A stretch of 63,439 bases of DNA, filler included, from Stramenopiles sp. TOSAG23-3 (lineage: Eukaryota): NCBI GenBank assembly GCA_900128585.1. It is 8 parts of 8 records of this genome, joined end to end, with 100 filler letters (N's around TTAATTAATTAA, not from the genome) between each part and the next. Parts side by side here need not be neighbours in the genome. Positions count along the whole stretch, not along the records: positions 1 to 9,944 come from LT642862.1; 7 more parts are not named here. One strand, written 5' to 3'. The notes under the pieces were generated by a model, which saw nothing but the letters and a program-made list of their open reading frames with translations, searched no databases and was not told the origin of the DNA. This document shows positions 1-10,044 of the stretch, one piece after another (the first letter of the stretch is position 1; the number at the start of each line of letters is the position of its first letter). A program made the position numbers and the translations under genes.

Positions 1-242
1 ATTTAGTTTTTTAGTAGTACCAGTAGTAACACAATAATTGAATTATTATTATTTGACAGAGAAAGTGGTGTAGATTGTGCATTTCATTCATATCAAGTTA
101 GGCATAACATAACAATCGGAGGTGGCGGTGGTGGGTGGAAATTGTGATTTACATAAGAAAGGACCATTAATAACGACGAGTGAGGTAGTTTGGGGTTGAA
201 CTGGAAATTTATTATTCAATCGGCCAAGTGCAGGTAGGTGTA

Positions 243-1349
243 ATGGCGTCTTTGTCTGCGTTTGATGTTACGATTCAGGGTACTCAGCTCGGGACCCCGC
301 CTGGGACGCCGAAGGGGTCGCCTGCTAGGAAGAAGGGCGTTAAAAAGGGGGTATCGCCGAGGCGAAAGCAGAAACAGAAGCCTGGGCAACGTGGTGTAAA
401 GAAAAGAAATGTTCTTAAGCCTAAGCGGGCGAATAAAAGCCTTCTAGCCTCCCGCCGGGAAAATGATTCTGTGCCTGTGCCGAACAAAAAAAGGAGTACT
501 CGTGCCGCAAATAGAAAACCCCCGAGAACTAGGACTTCGATCAAACGCGGCGAGGTCTCGAATGCCCAGCGAGAAATTCGAGCGCTGATAAACAAAGTTT
601 CAAGCAAATTTGAAAACGAAGAAAAGTCTGTTGACGCGCACAGTGACGCCAGCGACAGGCGGAGCCCAGAGAGTACAATCGCTGCACGGCAGTTGGTAGG
701 GGATATAATTAAAAATAGTGGTTTATCGGACACAGGTTCCAAGAACGGTTTTATACTCCGGCGATCCGGGGATGGGAAACAACAGGCAAGCGATGTGGCG
801 CTTCCCATGCCAGGGCGTGTTTTCTTGAACGGTTCCGTATCCGATTCCATTGACGCTGGCAATGTGTTCAAACAGAATGAGATAGAGGTCAACAAAGACG
901 AAGAAAAATTGGCTCGTCGTGCCGCCAAGCTGCAGCAAGATATGAGTGATTTGCAGGAGAGAAAGTTGCGCTTAAAGTTAGCGAAGCTGGAGCAGAAATT
1001 GCGGAAGGATGCCAAGAAAGCCATGAGATCTCTTGCTGCCGAAACAAAGATAGTAATTGACGAGAAAATTACAGACTACAGAGAAAAATGCATGGTGCAA
1101 TCCGATGCGCTGCGCGCAGTTGAATTAGATTTAACCAAAAAAATAGAAGAAATGGTTCGGATGAAACGTACTGTGGAGCAGCAGAGGCTGCGGCTTCAGG
1201 ACATATGCCAGGTTGGAATAGAAGAGCTGGCGTTGTCGAGGGAGAAGGATCTGGAGCAAGAGAAACGTAGGTTGAGTGTGCATATTGCAAAATCGTTGAA
1301 AAAAGTAGCAAGGCAATCGGGTTGGGAGTTGGAAATGCCGAAGGCCTAA
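243..1349 (+). CDS. Hypothetical protein, Lys/Arg-rich N-terminus and C-terminal coiled coil
   Basis: Long GC-elevated ORF with first ATG at 243 (track starts at GTG 228), flanked by AT-rich DNA; heptad-like E/K/L-rich C-terminus; no recognisable catalytic motif. Confidence 0.8.
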   Translation: MASLSAFDVTIQGTQLGTPPGTPKGSPARKKGVKKGVSPRRKQKQKPGQRGVKKRNVLKPKRANKSLLASRRENDSVPVPNKKRSTRAANRKPPRTRTSIKRGEVSNAQREIRALINKVSSKFENEEKSVDAHSDASDRRSPESTIAARQLVGDIIKNSGLSDTGSKNGFILRRSGDGKQQASDVALPMPGRVFLNGSVSDSIDAGNVFKQNEIEVNKDEEKLARRAAKLQQDMSDLQERKLRLKLAKLEQKLRKDAKKAMRSLAAETKIVIDEKITDYREKCMVQSDALRAVELDLTKKIEEMVRMKRTVEQQRLRLQDICQVGIEELALSREKDLEQEKRRLSVHIAKSLKKVARQSGWELEMPKA

Positions 1350-1724
1350 TTCTTTTATCTTAAATTCTAAAAAACAAAATAATGGCCGATCAATATGAAA
1401 TTTAATTAGACAAAGTTACAATTCCACCACCACCAACAATTCTTCCTTTGCATTTTGTTTGTTGTTTTTTCATCTCTAAAAATAAATTAACAAATCTCTT
1501 CGTTATGAAAATGGAAGAAATATATTCCAACACAAAAGTTACAACAAACAATATATTTTGGTTAAAGTAAAATACATCTACACAGCATTAAACAAAAATA
1601 ACCAACTTTGTTTCAATGTACCAACAACAATTGTTCTTTTGTAATGTTTTTGTTTCTTTTTTTATTTTTCTCTCTTACAACAAAAAATGACAAAATTCCC
1701 ATTTTTTTCTAAAAAAAATAGAAA

Positions 1725-2105
1725 AGACGACCGTCGTTGTTTTTTTTTAAGTAAAAGACTTTGATAGACACCTGTTCAATTAAGTGTTCCGTGTCCTTGG
1801 CGCGAACAAGGGGGACGCCTAACTCCATAACATTAGATCAGTCGACGGCTCCTGTCACGACTTCCGCGCCTAAACAAACGTTTATAAATTGTTTGCCCTC
1901 AAATGACTTGGAAATGAGGTTCCTAGGGACAATTTTTTGTGAAATGGGCGATTTAGACCAAACGCCACCCGAGCAAACACTTACGCATTCGTTGGTGTTG
2001 GTAAAACGAGCCGTACTGTCATATTCTTAGCTATCTCAAAAGATATTTGAGCGTTTAAAATAGTAAACAAAATTCTTCATTCAGAAAGATCTCCTTGCCT
2101 CAAAT
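1725..2105. repeat. Dispersed non-coding element, copy 1 (381 bp)
   Basis: Aligns by hand to 35546-35987 at ~76% identity (92 mismatches in 381 positions) with a single 61-bp indel. Confidence 0.9.
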
Positions 2106-2185
2106 TATATATATTAAATTTTCACCAAAACGACTGAAAAAATAATAGTCGAATTTTAAAATCCCGCGACAACTTGTGATAAGAA

Positions 2186-5100
2186 TCACTTCATCTTCTC
2201 GATCAATATATTGATATCAATGTGAAGTTTTGCGGCCTTCTTTTTCAACTTCTTCACCCGCTTATGCGCCAGCTGGATCGTGGCCGCGGTCGCCGAATCC
2301 GGCAAAGGTTTATTGGTAAGAATTGCCCTTACCGAGTCCTTTAAGGTCGCCCGGGTGAGCGCCGCCTGGGTTTCTGCATCCCGTTGTGCTTCAAGGGCGT
2401 CGGCATGGGCCTTCACTTCATCGATGACACCGTACCTGTATTTGTGCAAATGGGCTCGTTGCTTTTCCCAAAAGGGGAGCCCTAGCGTAATATCGCACAG
2501 GGCCCACTGAAAATAGAACAGAGGGTACAGCAGCTGCGGAAACTTGTTATCCATTCGGCAAAAGTATTTGAAATTCCATTTTCCACTGCCGTCTCTAATG
2601 AACTCTTCTTCTGTAAGGCGAGTGTCGATCAATGTTCTAATTGTCCGTCGGCGCGTCTCCAGCGATTTTTTGTGTAGCTCCCACATCAAAGAGGGTATGA
2701 GCTCGAACGGTACTGCCCCATCCTTCATCGGATCTTGGGAATTAAATACCATGAGCAAGATTTGCTGCCGCCCCATAATGCACCAGATGCCACAGAGTTT
2801 CATAAAATCTGGCCAACGAATTTCTTCCTTCAAGGGAAGCTTCGCTATGTCCCACATTATTTCTACAAAGGCGCCATACTCGCTGGCCCCAAAACGTAGC
2901 CCTAAGTAATGGAACAGCTCTTCGACAGTAATGTACAGATCGGTGTTCACATCAGATTTTGCAAGTCGCCGAAATGCTTGGTACAAACCAATCACAGCCG
3001 AGTCGGGCAACCCGATGAATTCCACAACGTTACGGACAATTTCGTTTGCCTCGGGGTCCCCGGCCTGGTCGGCCAGGTACGAAGGGTCAATATCGGGAGG
3101 AATCCCATTTAGTCCACGAAATTCTATTTTAGCTTTTTCTGTTGCCTCATGCTCGAACTTGATTTCATCGTGAAACTCTTGCATGTATTTGAACCAAAAC
3201 CGTAAACCATGATCCATTCCAAAGTTTGACAAATCGACCGGGTGCATGATGTAACCGCCTTCCATACACGCCCGTTGCTCCATCCTCGTACGCGTCCACC
3301 GGGAAACCATTATGTCATCTATTGGGTTTTCATAGACAGCCTTTCGAATCCATATTGTGAACGGCAGCCGGGTCCAATGGTCTGGTTTTGGTATATCCCT
3401 GCTTTCGTTGGAGAACACTCTTTCAAAACCTGCTTTCCGGTTTTCGGCCCACCTCCCCCCGCCAAACATGTAATTCCCTTCGAACTTAATTTCACACACT
3501 AATCGAGGCTTTGCACTCCTACGAAACCATATGTACACCGGGAGGTCGTCGTTCGTCGAGCAGCGAATGTTTGCTCTTAAATCCAAATTTATGCACTCGT
3601 AATAATTCAATTTTTTTTGCAGGTTTCGCCTCTGGGCCGCGCACATAATTGAATTGTCTTTCTCCCCCAAGATAATCAGGATGTCGTCTATTCCTCTCCT
3701 AATCTTAGTGCTGACTTTACCTTTGGTGTAAATTGCATGTTTTGCTCGATGCTCAGCTATTTCGTCCAACAGCTGCTTTGCTCGTTTCTCTCGCCACCAA
3801 ACTTTTGTCAATGGTATGTGGGACAACATTTTCGTGCCAATCTTTCTTTCCCTGCGCTTTAGTTCTACCATTCCGTACTCAATTAGGACGGGGTCTTTTT
3901 CTCGGGCGCGCTCTTCCTTCTCTAACCGCTCCTTTTCCTTCTCTTCATCCTCGGCAGCAGCAACCAAATCCTTTATTTCTGCCGCTTTGTCTTCCAATTC
4001 TTTGCCTTCGTCTGTGAGACGTTTTGCCTCGTCGTTCATGCTTTCAATCTCCGATTTAACTTGTTTCACACGCTCCAAAATTTTATCGGTTTCATTTTTG
4101 AGCTGTATCACGCTCTGCAGCAAGGCTTGCTTTTCCTCTTCTACAGCCGTGCCCTCTATGTCTTTTAACAATTGGCTTTCTTGCTTTTCTTTACCCTCAG
4201 CGGATTCGAGAAGGTCCGCTTCCTCCGCCTCTTTTTCCTCCCGTGCAGCATGGACGCCCTTTGCCTCATCATACTTGGCATTTGCCAAACTCATGATGTA
4301 CTCAGGGCTATTGTTTTCTTCTTCGCCTTCCTCTTCCTCCGCGTCTCTTTCATCGGCGGCGTTTTCCTCGCCAGTGTCCCCTTCCTCTAATTTCCTAGCC
4401 TCTTCTGCTTCCACGGCTTTCAACCTTTCCATTTCTTCTCTTTCCATCATTGTGGCTTTCTTTTCAAAGTCATGCGCTTCCTCTTTTAGCTGCCTGGCCT
4501 GAGTCAGCAGAGACTCCCTGTCTTCCTCGTCTTCCTTCAAATGGGCTTGCTCTTGAATTTGCAACGCTTCTGCGCGGGCGACCTCGGCCTTTGCCTTGAG
4601 GCTGGCCGGTGTATCTGGGACTTCGGGCAACCGTAGTTCCGTTTCGCCCTTCAGGAGCCTGATCCATTTTCGTTGAAGCCTTTTTTCGATATGGTTGTCG
4701 AGGTACAAAACCTTGTAGGTAGTGCCTTCGTACATGTTGGACGGCGGGTTGATTCGCAATACTTGGGCCCGAAACCATCGTTGTCGCCCGTCCCAATTTC
4801 CCTCAATGATGCTCCCAACAACAATTGGGTTGGCTTCGTAATGTTTTCTCACTTTTCGCTTTTTTAAAGCTGTCGAAATGCTCAATTTATCGGCAAGAAC
4901 GCTGGTCATAGTACCACCTACTTTGGCGTGTTCTGCATCGGCATCTTGTTTGGGTTTCGCTTCGGGGGGTTTTACCAATCTAATTGCTTGCTTGAGACGC
5001 CGGATCACGCGGGCAGCAACACGAGATCTTATTTGTGATTGAATCGCCATCGCAGCAGCTTTTACCCGTATCTCATGCCTCTCCTTTACGATCTTGAAGT

Positions 5101-8100
5101 GTTGCCTAGCAAGGTATCCACGAGCACACGTTTGGATGATGGTTGCATTCTTTCTATGCAACTCCCGAAGTTGAACATGTTCCATATAATTTTGAAGGTC
5201 TTGCATCTTCTTGATTATCATTTCATTGGCTATCCTCTGGGCACGCTTTTTCATCGCCAGCCGTCGCATTCTTCTGGCTTCCCTGCAACGCCACGCGTTT
5301 TGTACGCGCACAGCCATACGGTTTAAATGCTGCCATTCTTCCCACTCTTCCCACTCAAGTTGCGCCCTCAACCGCCTATGGCGTAGCATTTTACGCATGT
5401 GAATCCGAAAGAGCCTACAACGCAGCAATTTTTGAATAACCTTGGCAGCCTCCCATTCAATCTTCGCGCGCCGAGGGTAGATGTATTCCCACATCCAGCG
5501 CTGTATGGTAATCGCAGCCCCTTCCATTCTCAGCGAGGTAATCTTAAGCACCCGTAAAAATCGCAATCGCTGCCATCGTCCTCGAAACCAGTGCTGAAGG
5601 CGCAGGCACGCAGTTCGTTCTAGTTGGAGTCGCAGCAGTATCCTTATCTTCATGATTGCGATGTTCTTCCTCGCGCGGTACCCACGGCACGCCATCTGGA
5701 TGATTTGGGCTTTTTGATTCAACAATCTTTCATGCAGTCTCTTCGAATACTCATGGCGGCCGGCCATGCCCCGGATGCGCCGTTGTATCCTTGTTGCCAT
5801 GGCACAGTCCATCTTATACATGTCCCAGTCTCTCTTTCTTTTAGCCAAGCGGGCAATGACGCCTTGGGATCTTCGCTGCTTTAAGAAGAGGCGCCTGCCC
5901 CAGTTGGCACGCCAGCGGGCTTGAAAGCGGCACAATAGTCGTTCGGCTCGTTCGAAGCGCTTTTGTGCCAATAATCTCTTCCCACGGGCCTTCAGAATCA
6001 GTCGCATAAGGCCACGCTTAATCATTTCGGAAGCCTTATTTTCTAGCCATTTTTGTATCCGTGCTCGTTCGTCCGCCAACTTTTTCAAGTATACCCGAAC
6101 AAATTTTTGAATGATCATCGCGGCAAAATCCCTCTTGTATTCCTCATCCACATCGTCAAGGGTAATATCTTGGTTCTGAAGGCTAAGCATGTACGCAAGT
6201 CTTGCTGCACGGAGCTCGGCGACCCTACGCCGTGATAACAATCCACGAATATGCCGTTGTACTAACTTTATGGACTTCAAATGACGCTGGAGCTCCTCGA
6301 GTTCTCGCCGTTTTCGTTCTATTTCTGAACACCTAAATTTGTACTTTCTCCAGCTCAACTGAATTAAGCGCGCCCTGTAATTTCTTCCCACTTTGTTCAA
6401 TATATTCCGTATCACTTTTCGTTCTCGTCTCCCTTTCTCCCTAGCAATTGCGAACATAACAGGATTCGAGTACCCGGAGACCCCACCAAAGAATCGTTCT
6501 CTTTGTTTCTCACTGAGTTTGGACCTTGCCTCTATATCCATGGCATCAACAAAAGCGTTTACATCGTAAGATCCGATGCTTTCGCTGGATTGGGTAGACG
6601 CATCGGATCGTGCAGACGCGGGGGTGACGTCACCTCCCACTCCTGTGAATGTCGCAGGTTGTCGATTTGCATGCTTTGTTAATTTTTGAGTAGGGGTTCG
6701 CTGGAGCGCGAGGTGCCTTTTGAACAGACGTTGGAGTTTAATGACTAATGTTTCCATCGCTGAGCGAGTGTTGCCCAGTTCATCCCTATACTTGAAAGTT
6801 TTTGCGTAGGGCCTCGGGAGAAAGTCAACCCCTCCCTCTTCTAAGTTCCATTCTGGAGTCGCGTACTTCAGCATTGGCGAAACGCGTATGATTGCGTCTT
6901 CGGACACCATTGGGCAAGCATGCAACGTTAGTGTTTCTATTTGCGGTCCCAGTTTGGCAATAAAGTAAAGAGCAGAGTCAGTCAACCGCCGGAGCCGCCC
7001 AACCTTTAAATGCGTCATATCCTTGCACCGGGTGTGAATGTACAATATACCACGCCCAGTGACTTCGAAACATCCTGTCATGTCTAGATCGACCAACTTT
7101 CTGGGAAACGTGCTCCACTCGTAAAGCCCCGAATCGGTGACTGCTGTGCAACCTGATATGTTTAAATGTTCTACGTTGAACAAGTTTTTTGCCATCAGAG
7201 ACAGGGATTTGTCGTCCATGCCTGGCGTGTGAGAAAGATCCAGAGTAATTATATGCAAAAAGTATCGTGCCAGAGAACCAAAGCCGGCACTAGTCACAGA
7301 GGTGCACCCTTGGAGACGCAAACATGTGCTGCCCCGGAAAAATGCTTCAACTTGTGCAAGGAGCAGGGGGCCAGAATTTGTCGTCTGTATACGAATGTAC
7401 CTTGCGCGTGCGCGCATATCCCATTTTACGCACCTGCCACCTTCTCGAAAACACTTCTTAATGATCGCGGGGTTGTCGGTACTAACATTAATCTTCTCGT
7501 TCCCCATAGGGGTTTCGGAGGCCAGGATCCACATTGGAAAATTGTAAGCAATCATTTCATCGAACGGGGGTGACCATATCCGTAATATTCCGATATCCCA
7601 AACTTCGGATAGATCAACCTCCCACCAGGGCGCATGTTCAAATGTGGTTTGCGATACATCGCCATTCTCGTCGTCGTACGATTGCCCATATGCACCCGCC
7701 CTACTACCATTAACAGCAATCGCCGCGTCTCTACATGCAAGCGTCGTGCTCTGACGTGCTGCTTTGCCCGTTGTCATGCTAAACCCCTTCGTGGTGCACG
7801 TTCTTACCTGGGTGACAATGGCAGTCACGCCCCGTTCGGTCAAACGTGGACAGTGCGACAGGTTGATTTCTTCGGCAAGGCGACAGTTTTTACCAATGGC
7901 ACGGGCAGAACGATCTCCAATCTTGAACAATCCCTCCAGGCCAATTGTGCGCACGTTTTGCAACACGGAACAAATGCTTTTTACGCCACTGTCGCTAATT
8001 AAACTGCAATAACTTATATTAAGGTGTTGCTGGCTCTTTGTGAGACTCTTTAGCCCCTTATCACTCACTCTGTAGCACCGCGAAACGTCCAGATTGGAGA

Positions 8101-9520
8101 TCTTAGCGCACCATTTCCCAATGAGTTCGAGGGAAACGTCGGTGACCAGCTCGCAGCGAGCTAAATTTAATTCTCTTAATTGCCGCGTTTTGGACAGCAG
8201 CCACGTCATTCCTTGGTCGCCTACACGGATACAATCGGCGGCGGAAAATTTACGAAGGGGCAAAAGTCCGCCCTGAGCATCTGTATAACCCCAAGCTATC
8301 TTCTGCGCGGATACTTTCGAAATGGCCTCGTCGTTAATCCAACAGGCACCGTTGAGGCGAATAGCTTTCAGAAAATGGCACTCGTGAAAAAGAAGCCCGA
8401 TTGCCTTCCCGAGCATTCCTGTGCCGCCCTTTATCGATAACATTTCTAGCTTTTTCAAGGGCAGCAGTGCTATCATACTATCATCGCTCATGCCGCTGTC
8501 CGTGTCGCATGAAAACTCTCGCAGGTTAGTTCCGTACTTTCCGACAAGCTGTAGGGTTTGTGTAGTTACGCTTTCGCAATGGCTGATATCCAACGACGAA
8601 AGGTGGGTACAAGACTGTAGCAGCGTTTGCAACCCGGCCTTCAGTTCGAGGCCCGAGCAGTACGCTAGGATCAGATGCTTCAACTGTGGCTGGGATTTTC
8701 CCAAAATAGACAAGCCTCTATCGGTTAATTTGAAATTTCCCTTGAGAGATAGCCGGGTGAGGTGCCTGTTTGACTGGCATATTAAGTACAATGTCTCGTC
8801 CGTGACCAGCCAGTGAGACAAATCAAGTGCAGTTCGAGGGTGGTACAGTGGTCGCTCGAGCAAAAGTTCTGGCGGCGCAGGCGGGTACTCTAGGGAATCT
8901 ATGAGGCTCTCTTCTGTATCGGTGCTAAAGTAATACGAAGAAGTTTTTTCTGTAGAGCCCTGTAAGACCTCAAAAGGCCTTTGCAGCCCGAAAAGCGGGG
9001 ACTCGGTATTTGAATTCATTGTACTGCCAAGCTTGCCACTGTAGCTGCGACTGGGTTGAGTGACGTAGCTAGTACCACCTTGGCTCACGCTTTCTATCGT
9101 CGACAGCCGCCCAAAGTTTTCAACGAGGCCTCCTTCGTTCACCCTTTGTGTTGCCCACTGAGTTTCATTCCGTTCGTGTTCTTGTGCATTGACGATGGAA
9201 CTGTCCGATGGGTAGTTTTCATTGTGCAAAAATATGCTCCTGGAGCCAGGGGTTCTGACCCGCTTGTTACTTCCTCTTTTCCCGCGACTGTACAGTTTGT
9301 CAACAGAGACAAATTTTGGAGCCACTACTGCATTAATTGCGCTGGCCGCTTCGACGACCTTTTCCGGAACATGGCTTTGCAGGTGGTTGTGGCATATCAT
9401 ACATTCTAAATTGCTAGGTGGCTGCAAATAATTGCATACTGTACACTTGACTTTCTTGCTACCAAAGGCGGCGGACTTGGGGCGCCGTAACGGCCGCCTT
9501 ATTGGAGAATACGACTGCAT
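2186..9520 (-). CDS. 2444-aa multidomain protein: RanBP2-like zinc finger, FBXL-type Cys-containing LRRs with inserted F-type-lectin/discoidin-like domain, IQ repeats, Tudor-like domain, coiled coil, MABP-like region, EF-hand-like C-terminus
   Basis: CTVC...CMIC; LxxLxLSxCxxxTD repeats; GKAARQSTT...AVNG...PWWEVDL...ARYIRI...LAQVEAF; many IQxxxRGxxxR motifs; GSIIEGNWDGRQRWFRAQV...YKVLYLD; IDDILII...DL...VYIWFRR. Domain names are from motif recognition only. Confidence 0.85.
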   Translation of the reverse strand: MQSYSPIRRPLRRPKSAAFGSKKVKCTVCNYLQPPSNLECMICHNHLQSHVPEKVVEAASAINAVVAPKFVSVDKLYSRGKRGSNKRVRTPGSRSIFLHNENYPSDSSIVNAQEHERNETQWATQRVNEGGLVENFGRLSTIESVSQGGTSYVTQPSRSYSGKLGSTMNSNTESPLFGLQRPFEVLQGSTEKTSSYYFSTDTEESLIDSLEYPPAPPELLLERPLYHPRTALDLSHWLVTDETLYLICQSNRHLTRLSLKGNFKLTDRGLSILGKSQPQLKHLILAYCSGLELKAGLQTLLQSCTHLSSLDISHCESVTTQTLQLVGKYGTNLREFSCDTDSGMSDDSMIALLPLKKLEMLSIKGGTGMLGKAIGLLFHECHFLKAIRLNGACWINDEAISKVSAQKIAWGYTDAQGGLLPLRKFSAADCIRVGDQGMTWLLSKTRQLRELNLARCELVTDVSLELIGKWCAKISNLDVSRCYRVSDKGLKSLTKSQQHLNISYCSLISDSGVKSICSVLQNVRTIGLEGLFKIGDRSARAIGKNCRLAEEINLSHCPRLTERGVTAIVTQVRTCTTKGFSMTTGKAARQSTTLACRDAAIAVNGSRAGAYGQSYDDENGDVSQTTFEHAPWWEVDLSEVWDIGILRIWSPPFDEMIAYNFPMWILASETPMGNEKINVSTDNPAIIKKCFREGGRCVKWDMRARARYIRIQTTNSGPLLLAQVEAFFRGSTCLRLQGCTSVTSAGFGSLARYFLHIITLDLSHTPGMDDKSLSLMAKNLFNVEHLNISGCTAVTDSGLYEWSTFPRKLVDLDMTGCFEVTGRGILYIHTRCKDMTHLKVGRLRRLTDSALYFIAKLGPQIETLTLHACPMVSEDAIIRVSPMLKYATPEWNLEEGGVDFLPRPYAKTFKYRDELGNTRSAMETLVIKLQRLFKRHLALQRTPTQKLTKHANRQPATFTGVGGDVTPASARSDASTQSSESIGSYDVNAFVDAMDIEARSKLSEKQRERFFGGVSGYSNPVMFAIAREKGRRERKVIRNILNKVGRNYRARLIQLSWRKYKFRCSEIERKRRELEELQRHLKSIKLVQRHIRGLLSRRRVAELRAARLAYMLSLQNQDITLDDVDEEYKRDFAAMIIQKFVRVYLKKLADERARIQKWLENKASEMIKRGLMRLILKARGKRLLAQKRFERAERLLCRFQARWRANWGRRLFLKQRRSQGVIARLAKRKRDWDMYKMDCAMATRIQRRIRGMAGRHEYSKRLHERLLNQKAQIIQMACRGYRARKNIAIMKIRILLRLQLERTACLRLQHWFRGRWQRLRFLRVLKITSLRMEGAAITIQRWMWEYIYPRRAKIEWEAAKVIQKLLRCRLFRIHMRKMLRHRRLRAQLEWEEWEEWQHLNRMAVRVQNAWRCREARRMRRLAMKKRAQRIANEMIIKKMQDLQNYMEHVQLRELHRKNATIIQTCARGYLARQHFKIVKERHEIRVKAAAMAIQSQIRSRVAARVIRRLKQAIRLVKPPEAKPKQDADAEHAKVGGTMTSVLADKLSISTALKKRKVRKHYEANPIVVGSIIEGNWDGRQRWFRAQVLRINPPSNMYEGTTYKVLYLDNHIEKRLQRKWIRLLKGETELRLPEVPDTPASLKAKAEVARAEALQIQEQAHLKEDEEDRESLLTQARQLKEEAHDFEKKATMMEREEMERLKAVEAEEARKLEEGDTGEENAADERDAEEEEGEEENNSPEYIMSLANAKYDEAKGVHAAREEKEAEEADLLESAEGKEKQESQLLKDIEGTAVEEEKQALLQSVIQLKNETDKILERVKQVKSEIESMNDEAKRLTDEGKELEDKAAEIKDLVAAAEDEEKEKERLEKEERAREKDPVLIEYGMVELKRRERKIGTKMLSHIPLTKVWWREKRAKQLLDEIAEHRAKHAIYTKGKVSTKIRRGIDDILIILGEKDNSIMCAAQRRNLQKKLNYYECINLDLRANIRCSTNDDLPVYIWFRRSAKPRLVCEIKFEGNYMFGGGRWAENRKAGFERVFSNESRDIPKPDHWTRLPFTIWIRKAVYENPIDDIMVSRWTRTRMEQRACMEGGYIMHPVDLSNFGMDHGLRFWFKYMQEFHDEIKFEHEATEKAKIEFRGLNGIPPDIDPSYLADQAGDPEANEIVRNVVEFIGLPDSAVIGLYQAFRRLAKSDVNTDLYITVEELFHYLGLRFGASEYGAFVEIMWDIAKLPLKEEIRWPDFMKLCGIWCIMGRQQILLMVFNSQDPMKDGAVPFELIPSLMWELHKKSLETRRRTIRTLIDTRLTEEEFIRDGSGKWNFKYFCRMDNKFPQLLYPLFYFQWALCDITLGLPFWEKQRAHLHKYRYGVIDEVKAHADALEAQRDAETQAALTRATLKDSVRAILTNKPLPDSATAATIQLAHKRVKKLKKKAAKLHIDINILIEKMK

Positions 9521-9830
9521 CGGTACAACGAAGCTGTTACACTTGCAACGCTACGGACATCTTAAATTTCGTTCGGCTGTCTCCTTTTTTTCTTACTTCG
9601 ATCTCTTCGCACTAGTTTTTCGAGTCTAATAGTGCACGTCCCCTCAACTGTTCAGAAAACGCATTAGAAATATTGAAAGCATACCAGTCCAACAGATACA
9701 TTGCATTGGTGTAGGCGATTGCATGAATTAAGCAACTGATTTTTTTGACAAGGAGGAGGGAGGGAGGGAGGGTGATGAATGATGATATATTCATGAAGTA
9801 TAACAATACAATGTAATAGAGTGTGGTGTC

Positions 9831-9886
9831 TGTACCGGTAGTCTGTACAGGTATACCGTACCTTCGAATACTCTAGTACCGTACCT
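9831..9886. promoter_or_regulatory. GTAC-word cluster (putative cis-element)
   Basis: Five GTAC in ~55 bp, ~310-365 bp upstream of the ATG at 9520; function is inference. Confidence 0.35.
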
Positions 9887-9944
9887 GGTGGTATGAAGCT
9901 GATTTTAATTATAAAATATTGTATTCTCCTCTTCTTCTTCTTCT

Positions 9945-10044
9945 NNNNNNNNNNNNNNNNNNNNNNNNNNNNNNNNNNNNNNNNNNNNTTAATTAATTAA
10001 NNNNNNNNNNNNNNNNNNNNNNNNNNNNNNNNNNNNNNNNNNNN
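9945..10044. other. Artificial contig linker (44N-TTAATTAATTAA-44N)
   Basis: Identical 100-nt construct with stops in all six frames, recurring seven times in the window. Confidence 0.98.

Noticed and set aside
1425-1680. Degenerate ~195-bp tandem similarity (CCAACAA...TTCTT...TTTGTT)
   Set aside because: Low-complexity AT-rich similarity that cannot be distinguished from compositional noise by eye.
1890-1960. U4-snRNA-like stem followed by Sm-like AATTTTTTG in the dispersed element
   Set aside because: No U4 5' kink-turn stem-loop or U6-pairing region is recognisable; cannot be called without a covariance-model search.
1761-2030. Paralogous small ORFs (89 aa here, 64 aa at 35682-35876) sharing TFINCLP.NDLE.RFLGTIFCEM
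   Set aside because: Starts and stops differ, DNA homology extends beyond both ORFs, and substitutions are not enriched at third positions; a by-product of the DNA repeat.
9989-10000. Palindromic TTAATTAATTAA recurring about every 10 kb
   Set aside because: Always centred in 44N flanks; a synthetic six-frame stop linker, not biology.
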